NCBI GenBank assembly: GCA_951406725.2
Contig: OX597817.1
Span: forward strand, 120,404,001-120,468,000
DNA length: 64,000 bases
Reading direction: 5' to 3'
Source of the DNA: Octopus vulgaris
Lineage: Eukaryota
Below the pieces are notes generated by a model. The model searched no databases and was not told where the DNA came from. It saw nothing but the letters and a program-made list of their open reading frames with translations. Shown in pieces: positions 12,170 to 24,960 of this stretch; position 1 is the first letter of the stretch, and each line of letters opens with the position of its first letter. Made by a program: the position numbers and the translations under genes.

Positions 12170-12478
12170 TTCTTTTATTCTTTTACCTATTTCAATCATT
12201 TTGACTGGCTGTGCTGGAGAACCACCTTTATTCAAGCAAATCAATCCTAGGACATTCTTTATAAGCCTAATACTTATTATATTGGTGTCTTTTGCTGAAC
12301 CACTAAGTTACAAGAATGTAAAGACATCAACATTGGTTGTCAAGCAATGGTGGGGGGACAAATAGAGACACACAAATACATACATACACACCAGGTGGTG
12401 CTATTAAGTTAGACATGGCCTGGGCCAATAATGGCCGAAACCTATCAAAGTATCAAAGTATATATATACATACATATA

Positions 12479-12533
<55 letters not shown>

Positions 12534-12665
12534 GGCTTCTGTCAGTTTCACTCACAAGGCTTTGGCCGGCCTGTGACTATAGTAGAAGACACTTGCCCAA
12601 GTGGGACTGAACCTGGAACCATGTGGTTGGGAAACAAGCTTCTTACCACACAGTCACTCCTGTGC
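12170..12665 (-). mobile_element. SINE family A (CORE-like), near full length, with an insert in its microsatellite
   Basis: Reverse complement of GGAGTGACTGTGTGGTAAGAAGC...TTGGGCAAGTGTCTTCTACTATAG; foreign ~70 bp at 12391-12460. Confidence 0.85.
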
Positions 12666-12666
12666 T

Positions 12667-12723
<57 letters not shown>

Positions 12724-13853
12724 ATTGATTTATATAAAAGATGGAGGTGGATATAGCACAGAAGTAAGTCTAAGACATTTCAATTTAAGAGAGAATCTAA
12801 TAAAAGTGATTTAAAAAAATTATATGAAGAAAATATTACCAGTTTCGATGAATCTCATTGTATCAAATATCAGTAAATATTTATGAAAATTTGAAGTAAA
12901 AACAGTTTAACTTCTGTCTGGACACCTACACACACACATACATACACACACATATATATACTTATACATCATCATTCATTTACATATATATATATATATG
13001 TATAAAATTTTTATATGTTCTGGATTATTAATGTTCTCTTGGCTCTCTGTCTTTAGGAAATCTAAGAAAAATTTCATGTGATATGATTTTAATACAAGTT
13101 TGGCAGAAAAGTCAGAAGGTATTGATACAACTAAGTCTTCCTACCTCGTTATAAAACAACAGTGGCAACAACCCAAACAGGATTTGGAACTAAAACCCTC
13201 TTATTCACTCGCATTCATAAACAATAATGAACCTGAACTGAACATTAGAGGAAGAAATATTCTCATGAGGAAGCTATTTCTATATACCTCTTAAATTCTC
13301 TTCTCTCTGGTTTTGTACACTTGATGATATGCTATCAAACTTGAAGAAATTTGCAGCTGAAGCAACCATTATTAAGTTATTTACAATTACAACAAAATAT
13401 GTTGAGTAATACTTGCTTTTGTTTGCTCACTCATTCTATACACACACACACACACAAGCACATGCATACTCATCATTCTTTCAGACCATTATTCCTGAGA
13501 AGGTTGTGGAAATAGAATCCTCAAGCACACCCTCTAAAAGGCCCTATCTGGAGCAACTGTCATTGGACTTCCTGCTTGGATTCTCAAGTTTGACTAAATG
13601 AGACTATAAATATTATCTGAACAACATATTTCTAGTTTATTTCTAGGTTTCTAACCATTTGGCTTAGCTTGAGGAATCTGTCTTGTAATTCTTTTCTGAT
13701 ACATCCTAATCACATATCTGTAGTACCAAATATAATATATTATAAATATATTAATAATAATAATATGCCAACAAAATAATGAATGAGACCTCGATATTAT
13801 GTAAATAGAGGAATTTATCTATAATATAATATATGACAATTAGTTGGTTGCCA

Positions 13854-13916
13854 TAATAAAACTCAGAGTTTCAGATGTCGGGGCAGATGTCTGCTCTGGC
13901 ATCTCATCAGTTATTA
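13854..13916 (-). ncRNA. Minimal type-I hammerhead ribozyme (left arm)
   Basis: TAATAA-CTGATGA-GATGCCAGAG...CCCCGACATC-T-GAAAC-TCTGA-GTT-TTATTA. Confidence 0.65.
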
Positions 13917-14184
13917 AGACAAACAAAAATGCTATGAAAATGACCGTTAAATAAAGGGAAATTACCTGAATAGGGAGAAAGTAAAAATACTCAAAGAAGG
14001 TAAACACACGCATATAGAATCCATGGGTTTATCTTTTTCGAGTAGTTTTATTTTCTCCCTATTCTGGTCATTTCCCTTTATTTAGTGGTCATTCTCACAG
14101 CTCTTTTGTTTGCCTTAATAACGGTCACCTTCATGGTAATTTCCCTTTATTTAATGGTCATTTTCAAAGCATTTTTGTTTGTCT

Positions 14185-14247
14185 TAATAACTGATGAGAT
14201 GCCGGAGCAGACTTCCACTCCAACATCCGAAACTCTGAGTTTTATTA
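14185..14247 (+). ncRNA. Minimal type-I hammerhead ribozyme (right arm)
   Basis: TAATAA-CTGATGA-GATGCCGGAG...CTCCAACATC-C-GAAAC-TCTGA-GTT^TTATTA; 6-bp stem I, near-palindromic stem III (ACTCTGAGT), predicted cleavage after 14241. Confidence 0.75.
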
Positions 14248-16362
14248 TGGCAACCAACTAATTGTCACATATATGTACATATATATATATATATTTATGT
14301 GTGTTTGTGTATGTATATATATGTGCGTAAGTGTATGTACATATGTAATATTATATATATATATATATATACATACACACATATATATATATATATATAT
14401 ACATACACACACATATATTTATATACATATATATATATATATATAATATACTAGACATATTTTAGAATAGGTACCCCATATCTCATATCATGGCATATAA
14501 GAATAGACTAAAATGCTGGTGTCAAGATGTCAAGAAAGATAGCTGACTGTAAAGACAACTTCAAAATGTGCCATCCAACCTAGGCAAGCATTGAAAAGCA
14601 AACATAAAATGATGATGACTATATATATAGGTAGATAGAGAGATATATACTACATTTGCATACATATACATACAAACATACACATGCATACATACTCACA
14701 TATGTATGTGTATGCGAAAATATCAAAATCTCTTTTTTATATAGTGAATGAGTGAGAGAGAAATAAAAGTTTTTCAAAAAAAAAAAAATCCTTTTAAACA
14801 TATTTACACAAGACATCATACAAAATACAAACAAACAAACAAACAAACAAACAGAGCAATGAATATGTAAACATGCTAAAGTAAACAAGAGAAAAATATG
14901 TTTTCGGGATATGATAAAAAGATGTTTAAGATTCTGAGAAGCATAACTGTGACTGTGAATGAGTAAACATAAAGTCTGTACAATTAAATCCATTAATACA
15001 TTATGAAGAATAACTTAAAGGAATTCATATGAAAAGAATGATGCTAAGAGCTTTATGAAAAAAAAGATAAACAAAAAAAAAATTTATTGAAAACAAAAAT
15101 TATGTAAAGCTACGAATAAATATTCTGAGACACAAATGCAATGAAGAAAAATTTTAGATGTAGGTATTGGAATTGAAATGAAGTACGGGCATCCACAGTG
15201 CAACACATAAATGTAGTGTACTTGAAAATCTTCTTACTGTGGTAACACTGGCTTCTGTGTAATATGTAAGTCGAGAGGAAAATTAGGTTTTGTATTGTGG
15301 AGTACCATGGTATGATAAAGGTTTTCAGGAACACACAGTTTCCATAATGTGGCAAGTGCTGCTCCATGTTTGTGTGTGTGTGTGTGTGGTTTATGCATGT
15401 GCATGTATATATATGATTGCATGTGTGCATATACACACATATTTATATACATACATATATATATATATACATACATACATATACACATATAGTATATATT
15501 ATATATATATATATAAAGATAATATATACATGTGTGTGTGTTTGGTGGGTATACAGTATGTGTAGTATGATTGCATGTGCATATATACAGATATACATCC
15601 ATATATATATATATAGGGGGTGTATTTTGGCCATTGCATTTGCAGTCTTAAGTCTATATTAGCAATAATTATGGAATTCTCCATCCAAGAAAATAAATAT
15701 AGAAGATTATTATTAGTTAATTTAAACAATAAATTTTTTGACATCAACTAATTTAGATACATAAGAGTTGTTGTATTGAAGATGTAATTGTTTATATATT
15801 TCCTGTTGCAGTTACATGTAGCAGAAGACTTAGATACTTAATTGCATACATTTATATATAAATGTATATCTTATTGTATGTTGTGATGACAAGAGACGAT
15901 CTTGGACATGAAAGGGTTTCAATTGGTATGTGCTTGAGATATAATGAAGTGATTTTCAATGGTTGTGGATTGCACTTACTTGACTGTATTGGCCATTAAA
16001 GTTGTTTTTGTTGTTTTTTTAATCGTAACTGACATATGATTGAATAGTTAACACTGACGCTCATAACACAGACATTTGAATTAATTTTTACAATCCAGCC
16101 ATCCTTTCATATGGAATTTCGTCTTTTCTGAACCAAATACCCTGAAGTGACTATATTTATAATGGAACTGTGATTATGTATATCAGAATAAAATATATAC
16201 AGTTGAAACAATTTATTGCCCTTTTTATGGTTTTTATAATTATTTATATAATATTATGTTATGTTATATATTATATTCATAGTATTTAATGTAATATTGT
16301 AATATAAATACATTATTTGATTGTCAGTAGAATATATCCATATTTAATGTATCTTTATTATT

Positions 16363-16463
16363 GAATCATACCAATATTTATATGGTATCCAACTGAAGCA
16401 CTAGTGAATTGAATGTTTAACAGACCCCTTTGAAGGATTTCTTTTCCTCAGTTTGTTACTTTA
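16363..16463 (+). repeat. Unclassified ~100-bp dispersed repeat, copy 1 (copy 2 at 44836-44937)
   Basis: TGGTAT(C/G)CAACTGA..(C/T)ACTAGTGAATTG..TGTTT..CA..CCCTTTGAAGGA..TTTCCT.AGTTTGTTACTTTA is shared. Confidence 0.8.
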
Positions 16464-16499
16464 GATAAATATATATATATATAGAGAGAGATATACAAC

Positions 16500-16645
16500 T
16501 ACAGTGTGGAAGAAGTTTGTAAGCCATTCAAGAACTCACAAAAACCATTAGTTTCATTTCAACATTTAAATTTCATTTGTGTCAAAATATTTTCGTCATT
16601 TTGAAACCACGACCTGTTCACTGACAAAACTCTGTGCTGCATCTG
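16500..16645 (-). mobile_element. Probable Penelope-like terminal fragment with a hammerhead-like scaffold
   Basis: Minus strand TGTC-AGTGAACA-G-GTCGT(ggtttcaaa)ATGAC-GAAA-ATATTTT-GACA. Confidence 0.45.
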
Positions 16646-16993
16646 AGAAAGTAACAATTAGTTCATGATGTATATGCATGCATGTATGCATCCATATGTG
16701 TACACACATGCACACACACATACACACATATATATATTTGATATTATATTAAGCTGTAGTATGTTTAAATTTGGCCAAATGCGTTTTTTTCAATATTAAC
16801 TTTTGCTTGCAATAGCTGGTTCTTTGGTTAAACTATCATGTCTTCAGCTGCTTCAGATGCTAAGATATGAAAAATTATCTAAGTGTAGTACAACGGTTTT
16901 ACTATGGAATGGTGAAACTTTTTTGTTCCCTGAACAAGCAATGTTTTGTACTCATGACACATTAGCTATATATATATATATATATGTATCTAT

Positions 16994-17039
<46 letters not shown>

Positions 17040-17299
17040 CTAATCGGATCCAGCACAATCTCCATCTTCTAAATTTAACCCAACATGAGGCTGTAGATAT
17101 CAAACTCACATCATTGAACTATTTAACTACATGCCATGCCATGCTTGCACTCCTATAACACATAAACCTTTTGGTTGTTCTCATTGCAAGGACAAAGCAG
17201 TTTTAGAGAATAAATAAGGAGTAGGAGTAAGGTTTAAATATGCTATATGAAAGATTGATAGTAAGAGTGAAAGAAGGAAGGCATGTGCATTGTGTGGGT

Positions 17300-17981
17300 T
17301 TAACCGTTTAGCCATTTAGACTAGCCATATCTGGCTCAAATATTCTCCTGTTTTATATTCAAACTGACCAGATCTGGCCTCTTACATCTAACCTACAATA
17401 CCTATTTCTTTACTACCCTCAAGGGGATAAACACCGAGAGGACAAACAAGGACAGACAAACGTATTAAGTCGATTATATCGACCCCAGTGAGTAACTGGT
17501 ACTTAATTTATCGACCCCAAAAAGATGAAAGGCAAAGTCGACCTCGGCGGAATTTGAACTTAAAAAGTAATGGCAGACGATATATGGCTATGCATTTCGC
17601 CCGGTGTGCTAACGTTTCTTATTTCTTTATTGCCCACAAGGGGCTAAACATAGACAGGACAAACACGGACAGACAAAAGGATTAAGTTGATTACATTGAC
17701 CCCAGTGCGTAACTAGTACTAAATTTATCGACCCCGAAAGGATGAAAGGCAAAGTCGACTTTTACAGAATTTGAACTCGGAACGTAGCGGCAGACGAAAT
17801 ACCGCTAAGCATTTTGCCCGGCGTGCTAACGTTTCTGCCAGCTCGCCTAACCTACGATGCCATTCTTAAAATAATCACATTATCAAAATCTTGAAGCGAC
17901 AAGGTATGTTTGCTTTATGCAAAACAATATGAATAATTAAGCCTTATATTTGACAGAGCAATCTGAATGCTAATGGGTTAC
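17300..17981. mobile_element. TTAA-CCC type MITE (piggyBac-like ends) interrupted by SINEs
   Basis: Begins TTAACCGTTTAGC, ends GCTAATGGGTTA; body is shared with 55881-56447 and 59593-59800. Confidence 0.6.
17403..17846 (-). mobile_element. Head-to-tail dimer of SINE family B (Nin/Deu-like domain)
   Basis: Two copies of the reverse complement of GTCGACTTTGCCTTTCATC...GGGGTCGATAAAT...AGTAC; one TSD CTAACCTAC(A/G)AT(A/G)CC at 17388-17402 and 17847-17861. Confidence 0.85.
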
Positions 17982-18711
17982 AGGCAAGTTCAATACTGTA
18001 GTAGTAGTAGTAGTAGAAGTAGTAGTAGAAGTAGTAGTAGTAGTAGTAGTATAGTAGTAGTAGAGGAAGAGGAGCAGGAAAAAAACCAATGCAAGACATC
18101 GATAAGCAGGAAAGAAAGTTTAACTTGCAGCCAAAATGTTTATTCCTTTCAGGGAATCTAGAAGATATATGTGTGTGTATGCGTGTGCTTCTGTGAGAGT
18201 GCATGTGTGCACGTGCGTGTGTAAATCTGTCTGTCTGTGTGAGTGTATCTTGTAGATGATGACATCTCTGCTTCATGTAAATATAAGCAATTCTGTTGTC
18301 TATGAGGGAAATATTTGCCATATTATGTAAAAGAAGGATTATCAGACTGTAGTTATTTTATAGCTCTGATAAAGAAGCACAACTTTTATGGGGTTGTAGC
18401 ATCACCATGGACAAACATAAGCCTGGAGTCTGTCAGACCCCAAGAGCTTGTAAGGCAATATTGTTCATAAAGAGGGATGTATTGTATATTGTGTTATGAG
18501 TAAATTCTTTCAAATGGCTGGTTTGGGTGTTGCTGGGAGAGGAGACAGATGTCACACATGCACACTAATATATGTAGACAAATGCATATACACACACACT
18601 CACATACGAACATGAACACACACACACACACACACACACATTTGCATGCATTTATTATAAAGTATGCATGAACATTATGGATATGTATGCAGAGTATACA
18701 TATATAACATG

Positions 18712-18712
18712 A

Positions 18713-18790
<78 letters not shown>
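18712..18790. repeat. (AT)n microsatellite, one of dozens of (AT)n/(CA)n/(ATGT)n tracts
   Basis: Direct reading. Confidence 0.98.
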
Positions 18791-18795
<5 letters not shown>

Positions 18796-18942
18796 TATGC
18801 ATATATATATATACATATATGTATATATATATATGTATGTATGAATACAGGTATGTATGTATACATACACATCTTTTACATTGCATTTAATAAAAATGCC
18901 TTGCCAAGCTCGAGCTATTGCTGCATAAAGTAGTTTCCTTTA

Positions 18943-19000
<58 letters not shown>

Positions 19001-19319
19001 CTCATACACACATACACATATATTTATATACACACATATATATATATATACATATTCTGAACAATTTTTCTTTAAGTGGACAAGTATTGAAGTATTGAAT
19101 GAATCAGTATAACAGCAATACAATGAATCCCGCTTGCAGACTAACCAGAATTCAATTCCCATTTTATTACTGTATACTGTCAATATCTTGACCACTTGGG
19201 AAATGTGGTGCCGTATTAAACAATGTGTCATGTTATTCACATTTAACAGTGATATCTGAAATATTGCCCTTTGTGTTTCAATTGCTTTCACTTCACTGAC
19301 AACTAATAATAGTTAATAA

Positions 19320-19510
19320 TGGATCTCCGTCAGTTATGATGATGAGTTGTTGATCATATGTTGATCAAGTGAAATATCTATTCATTTATTTATAGTGTGT
19401 TAGTGGCTGAGTATCCCACAGACATTTGTGACCTTAATGCTGTTCTCAAGTGAAATATAATTTAGTCAGTGTGCGCATGACCAGGCTGGTTGGTCCATTG
19501 AATTACAGAT
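19320..19510 (-). mobile_element. SINE family C (Meta-like), 3' part, degraded
   Basis: CTCCGTCAGTTATGATGATGAG...GTGGCTGAGTATCCCACAGACA is the reverse complement of the 3' part of 56082-56403. Confidence 0.65.
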
Positions 19511-19742
19511 ATACAGATGCTAGTCTATCTGATGAGTTTCCGCATTGTTCTGTCACCCTATTCTCACTTGTATGGCTTGGGTTGACTCAAGGCTGTGACT
19601 TGTCTTGCCTTTTGTGACACTGTATGGCACTTGAGACAAATCAAATGGCTCTTGACTTAGCTTCATACTTGGATTCCTAAGTTCAAACCCTGGACCTCAT
19701 CATCTGGAACTACTTAACTACAAACATGCCTGGGTAACTTAT

Positions 19743-19813
<71 letters not shown>

Positions 19814-19934
19814 TGTATGTATGTATATATATATATATATATATGTATATGTATATATATATATGTATTTATATGTGAGTGCGTGTTTGTGTGATTGTAT
19901 TTGTATGTGTATGAATATACATATAGGTGTATAC

Positions 19935-19972
<38 letters not shown>

Positions 19973-20307
19973 GTAGATTTGTGTGTATGTGATGGAATCT
20001 TGTCAATTTCCATGCATGAGGGGCCAGCTACTCAGTCAATTACCTAATGCTTATGTCTATGCGAAACATCAAACCAGCTTTAGATCTACAAAGCTAGAAA
20101 CATCAATATCTATATATCAATATCCGCGTTTATCTATCTATCTACCTAGCTAGTTAGCTAGCTATGTGTGTATGAGTGTGTATATGTATATATAAATATG
20201 TGTGTGTGTGTGTGTGTGTGTATGTATATATCTATATACATATATATATATGTATATATATATATATTGGTATATATATATGTTGGTTATATATATATAT
20301 ATATATA

Positions 20308-20364
<57 letters not shown>

Positions 20365-20379
20365 CTACATCTATATCTA

Positions 20380-20424
<45 letters not shown>

Positions 20425-20837
20425 TTATATGTGAGTGTGTGTTTGTGTGAGTGTATTTGTATGTGTATGAATGTACATATAGGTGTATACATATATATAT
20501 ATACACACATTATATATGTATATATATGTATGTGTGTGCCTGTGCATGTGTGTGTGTATGTATAAAGTTTTATTTATTTGCCTGTTTTGTTCTGATTTTC
20601 ACTTTCGGTGGTTGTGTGTTTGATTTATTTCGCTGTTTTCTTGTATCACTATGCTTAACAGTATTTTATTAGTTGTAAACAAGTTGTTTATGGACTCTCA
20701 ATTGTCTTCAATCTTGTGTTGTATGAAAAACAAATTTCGATGTATGTGTGCGGGTATACACATATGTACACAAGTATATATGGTTATGTCCTCCTTTTTC
20801 TTAAATATAGATATTCCATTTTTTTTTTATTATTGTT

Positions 20838-20904
20838 ACTACTACTACTACTACTACTACTACTACCACTACCACTACCACTACTACTACTGCTACTGCT
20901 GCTG

Positions 20905-20958
<54 letters not shown>

Positions 20959-20968
20959 GTACTACTGC
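20838..20968. repeat. (TAC)n microsatellite
   Basis: Direct reading. Confidence 0.98.
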
Positions 20969-21374
20969 TATTAATGTTTTGGTTATCTTCTTTTATGGAT
21001 GTTGACTTATCTTAAGAAATCGTCTGAAATTTCTGTTTTTGAAAGTTTTCTTAATGGTTGCCTTAAAGCAGTAAAACTAAATATGAACAAATAATTCTAA
21101 CATTATTTTCACAAACAGCATTTAATGCTTTCCATTGTTATTTGTTGTTCTACCTTCAAACTTTGTCTTTTTGTCATGCAAATTATAATAACCTTTGCTC
21201 TTCATTGAGGTCACCGAGACTAGCAACTAGTACTTTGCTGTCTTTTTGATTTGATACAGACACTATGTAACTTACAATCCATCTTATTAGGTTATTATTT
21301 CATGTGTCTTGGTTACAGGTAATATGTAAGGCTGCATAATGGCAGAGAGCTAGCAGAATCATTAGCAAGCCATG

Positions 21375-21598
21375 ATCTGGCAGAAACGTTAGCATGCCAG
21401 GCAAAACGCTTAGTAGTATTTCGTCTGCCGCTACGTTCTGAGTTCAAATTCCGCCAAGGTCGACTTTGCCTTTCATCCTTTCGGGGTCAATAAATTAAGT
21501 ACCAGCTATGCACTGGGGTCGATGTAATCGACTTAATCCCTTTGTATGTCCTTGTTTGTCCCCTCTATATTTAGCCTGTGGGCAATAAAGAGATAAGG
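21375..21598 (+). mobile_element. SINE family B inserted into an older family-B-like head, perfect 17-bp TSD
   Basis: CTGGCAGAAACGTTAGC...GTTCAAATTCCGCC...GTCGACTTTGCCTTTCATCCTTTCGGGGTC; TSD ATCATTAGCAAGCCATG at 21358-21374 and 21599-21615. Confidence 0.9.
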
Positions 21599-22204
21599 AT
21601 CATTAGCAAGCCATGCAAAATACATAGCAGCATTCATCTGTGAGTTTGATTTCTGCTGAGGTCACATTGGCCTGTCATCTGTAGTGAGACCAATTTCTAT
21701 TATGACATACTGAATACATTAAACTGATATAGGCTCAGTGTGTTAATCTGTAATGGTTGGTCGTTTTACCTATCATGTGAATTTTGAACATTGATTGAGT
21801 CTTGTGCTGTGATTGGTGGAATAGTGCATAGGATTTGGATTGATGGTCCAATCACATTGTGCATAATATAATCTCAAACAACTACTCTTTATTTGCTCTG
21901 GAACCTCTTTTGTTTTATAAATTGGTGTGACAATTCATCTATAAGCAAAGAGGTGAGTGATTTTGATGAAGGCAAGTTCTGCCAATTTCATGCTGTTATT
22001 CACCAGAGCAAAATTAATATAACAGAGCATATGTAACCAGCGATGACCCAGGGTGAATTATCTAAACAATGGATGAACTACAACTACCAGAATCTGGAGT
22101 TGATAAAATAAGTGCCAGTTGACCCCTAGGGTCGATGTAATCAACTAGCCCCTTCCCCCTGAACTTGCTGGCATTGTGTCAAAATTTGAAACCAATATGT
22201 AAAG

Positions 22205-22550
22205 TTGTGTGTTTGTCCATTGGAGCAACAAAGACTATCTAGTCATCTTCAAGGATGACTGATGACTTGTGTGATGATTTTGTTTAAAGTGAACTAGAGT
22301 TGCACATCATCAACTCCACTCTCTCATCTGTGACCATCTCCAATCCAGTAGAAAGACCAAGTCAAGATGACTTGGAATGAAGACAGCTGCAGTGAATGAC
22401 CAAGATGTCTTATTTGTCTCATCTTGCTCCTGCATTCTACAATGTAATGCTGTGACTACCTTCCTCTCTGTTGAGTTATGAAAGATTCTTTGGCAGAGAC
22501 TGCCAGATCCAGTCTTCACATGCATAGGTTAGCAAACAGCCCTAGTGTAG
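22205..22550 (-). mobile_element. Very degraded RTE/BovB-like LINE 3' end
   Basis: CTAGTCATCTTCAAGGATGACTGATG terminal hairpin-like motif and a decayed C-terminal region; based on recall, weak. Confidence 0.35.
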
Positions 22551-23204
22551 GATCCTGACAGGTGCTACTCTATGTCAGAGTAGATATGGGAGCAACAGTG
22601 GGAGGTTATGACAGAGATGGCAGTAATGGTGGTTGTGGTGGTGTTGGAGTAGATGATCTCAGCATAAGCCTTCAGGTATTTTGAGTATATGCTGAGTGAC
22701 CACGTGGGTTCATTAGCATGAGTCGGCAATTCAGAAGCACTTATTTACTGATGAAGGCAAAGAATTACATTTTTGATAAATAGTTTTAACTTTATCCTGT
22801 TCTATTGCTTGTAAGTATATTATGTGCACAATGTATTATGTATATACTTGTAATCCTTACATAAATATTAAGTATTGACAACTGTTTATTTAAGGATCCT
22901 TTGAAATGAGACCTATATTTCACTTTCTGTCTGAGTGTCTTTCCTTGTTAAAATGGAACCTAGATTTCACTTTTGGCCAACATTTCTTACTATCTTTGTG
23001 TGCGCCTGAACACTTCTGACAAACCCAAGCATTTAATATTCAGTCTGTATGAATTAATTTCCACTAAGTTTTGCTAGTTTTCATGAACTAAGAAGTGAAT
23101 TATAAGCAATCCCTCAGCATAATAGGAATAGCAACCACCAAATCTACCTTTAAAATTTAAGACCCCTTCAGTCATGAATGTCCATGGGACTGTACCTAGA
23201 AAGT

Positions 23205-23487
23205 TCCTTCTGAGGTGCAAGTCCAGTCAAGATTGTTTGTGAAAGACCAGCAGTTGCCCATGCATACTAGTACCCCCTCTCCACATTACGGATGTTGTCC
23301 AAGGGTGAGGCAAAGGCAGATACAGCTTGGCACCAGTGACATCACAATACATTTCTACAGTTGAGTGAACGAACTGGAGTAGTGTGAAATAAAACGTCTT
23401 GCTCAAGAGCATTACTCACAGCTTGGTTTAGGAATCAAACTCACAACCTCATGATTGTAAGCCTGATGCACTAACCACTGAGCCATA
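23205..23487 (-). mobile_element. tRNA-headed Meta-like SINE with a different tail from family C
   Basis: Reverse complement ATGGCTCAGTGGTTAGTGCATCAGGCTTACAATCATGAGGTTGTGAGTTTGATTCC...CTTGAGCAAGACGTTTTATTTCAC. Confidence 0.8.
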
Positions 23488-24625
23488 TATCTTGAATTAC
23501 ATACTATGATACTAAAAAGGGAAATGTCAGATATAGAAGGAGACAGGCTGGTCATCGGTGAAACTGTTTTGATCATAGGCTTGCTTGATTTGAATTGATC
23601 TAGGCTAAACAACAACAGCCTGATAGATAAGTCAACACCACAATCCCTTTGCAGATATTGTGACTAATGCAAATATTAGTCAAACATGCTTCATTACATA
23701 CTTCATATATCAAAAAAAATCTAAGGAGACATTAAATAATATAGCTTTAAATGCATTATGTCTGAATAAATGAAAGGTTGGTTAGTGCTAGACAGCCTTG
23801 GATCACAGGTTTATTCAACCAATACTGACCTGGGGCTAAACAACAACTCATTTTGGTAGCATGTATTATTGCTTGTGTTATCTTGTTAGCAGCTTAAAAG
23901 AGTGAATTTGTTTACACCAGAAATATTGATCATAAATATACACACTCGCACTTGTGTGCACATGCGCTTGCACACAAGCACGCATGCACACACATACATA
24001 TGCATACACACACATAAACACACAAAGGCTCGTTAAAGGGATGAATGACAATAAACAGGAAATCAGCAGATTGTAGGTGACAATTAACTGTTTTGATCTA
24101 TTTAGTCTCATCAATCACATGCACCTTATTATCTAATGCTTTGATAAATGTTACAGCTATTTTCCTGGCTGATTTAATGGAATACTATATGCATATACAT
24201 GTATTAATAACTGTTGGCTCATACACACATACAAACAAATGTGGCTACATATAAACACATAATACATACATAAATGTGTATGTACACTAGTGCTGGCATG
24301 AGCTTGGGGTTAAGTAGCTTGTTTTACTATCATGTGCTTACAAGTTTGATCTCACTAAAAGGTAATTGGACAAAGCCTCTGGCTAATCTAAGCCTTGTAA
24401 GTGAAATTGGGTAGATGAAAACTATTGGATAAACTGTATTTGTTCTAGGTTAGTATAAATAAGCTGTCACCCTGTTTAACATCACCACTTGATCTTTACA
24501 GACATTTAGTGGGAGAGGTGGGTAGGGGTGTCACTCTTTTGAAAGCATTTAGATCTGCTTTCTTTTCTAAATATCACTACTACTGTGGCAAACCTCAGTT
24601 CATCGAACCAACCAGAGGACCTGTA

Positions 24626-24960
24626 CATGGTTGCTATTCCTGTTAGGAATAACAGCCAAATCCTGCTTGAATCACACCCTACTATCTACAAATAGAACGT
24701 GTTGGGTAATGTGACCTACAGGTTCACTGCAAATAGGTAAAATACAGAAATGGTTTCTGCTGGGATGCTTTTGGTCATCGGTGTACTTAATCACTTGAGC
24801 CATCATGGTTGATATTCTTGTGAGGAATAACAGTCAAATCCTGCTCAAATCACATCCTATCATCTTAGAATAGAATGTTTCAGGTAATGCGGTATACAGG
24901 TTCACTGCAAATAGGAAGAAACATTGAAAGGTTTCTGCTGGAATGCTTTTGGTCACAGGT
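24626..24960 (+). repeat. Tandem duplication (~178-bp period) of a dispersed repeat
   Basis: CATGGTTG.TATTC.TGT.AGGAATAACAG.CAAATCCTGCT..AATCACA.CCTA starts at 24626 and 24804. Confidence 0.85.

Larger units (their letters stand above)
13765..14272. mobile_element. ORF-less fold-back element built from inverted Penelope-like terminal repeats
   Basis: 13831-13966 is the near-perfect reverse complement of 14135-14272; inner arms 13911-14010 and 14020-14121 also pair; AT-rich or (AT)n flanks. Confidence 0.8.

Noticed and set aside
11375-12365. 194-aa and 151-aa ORFs as membrane proteins
   Set aside because: They cross a CT-rich low-complexity tract, a Penelope-like fragment and a SINE; the hydrophobicity is compositional.
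19860-20495. ~75-bp segment shared by 19860-19940 and 20421-20495
   Set aside because: The similarity is real but is made of GT/AT low-complexity sequence; an ordinary local duplication.
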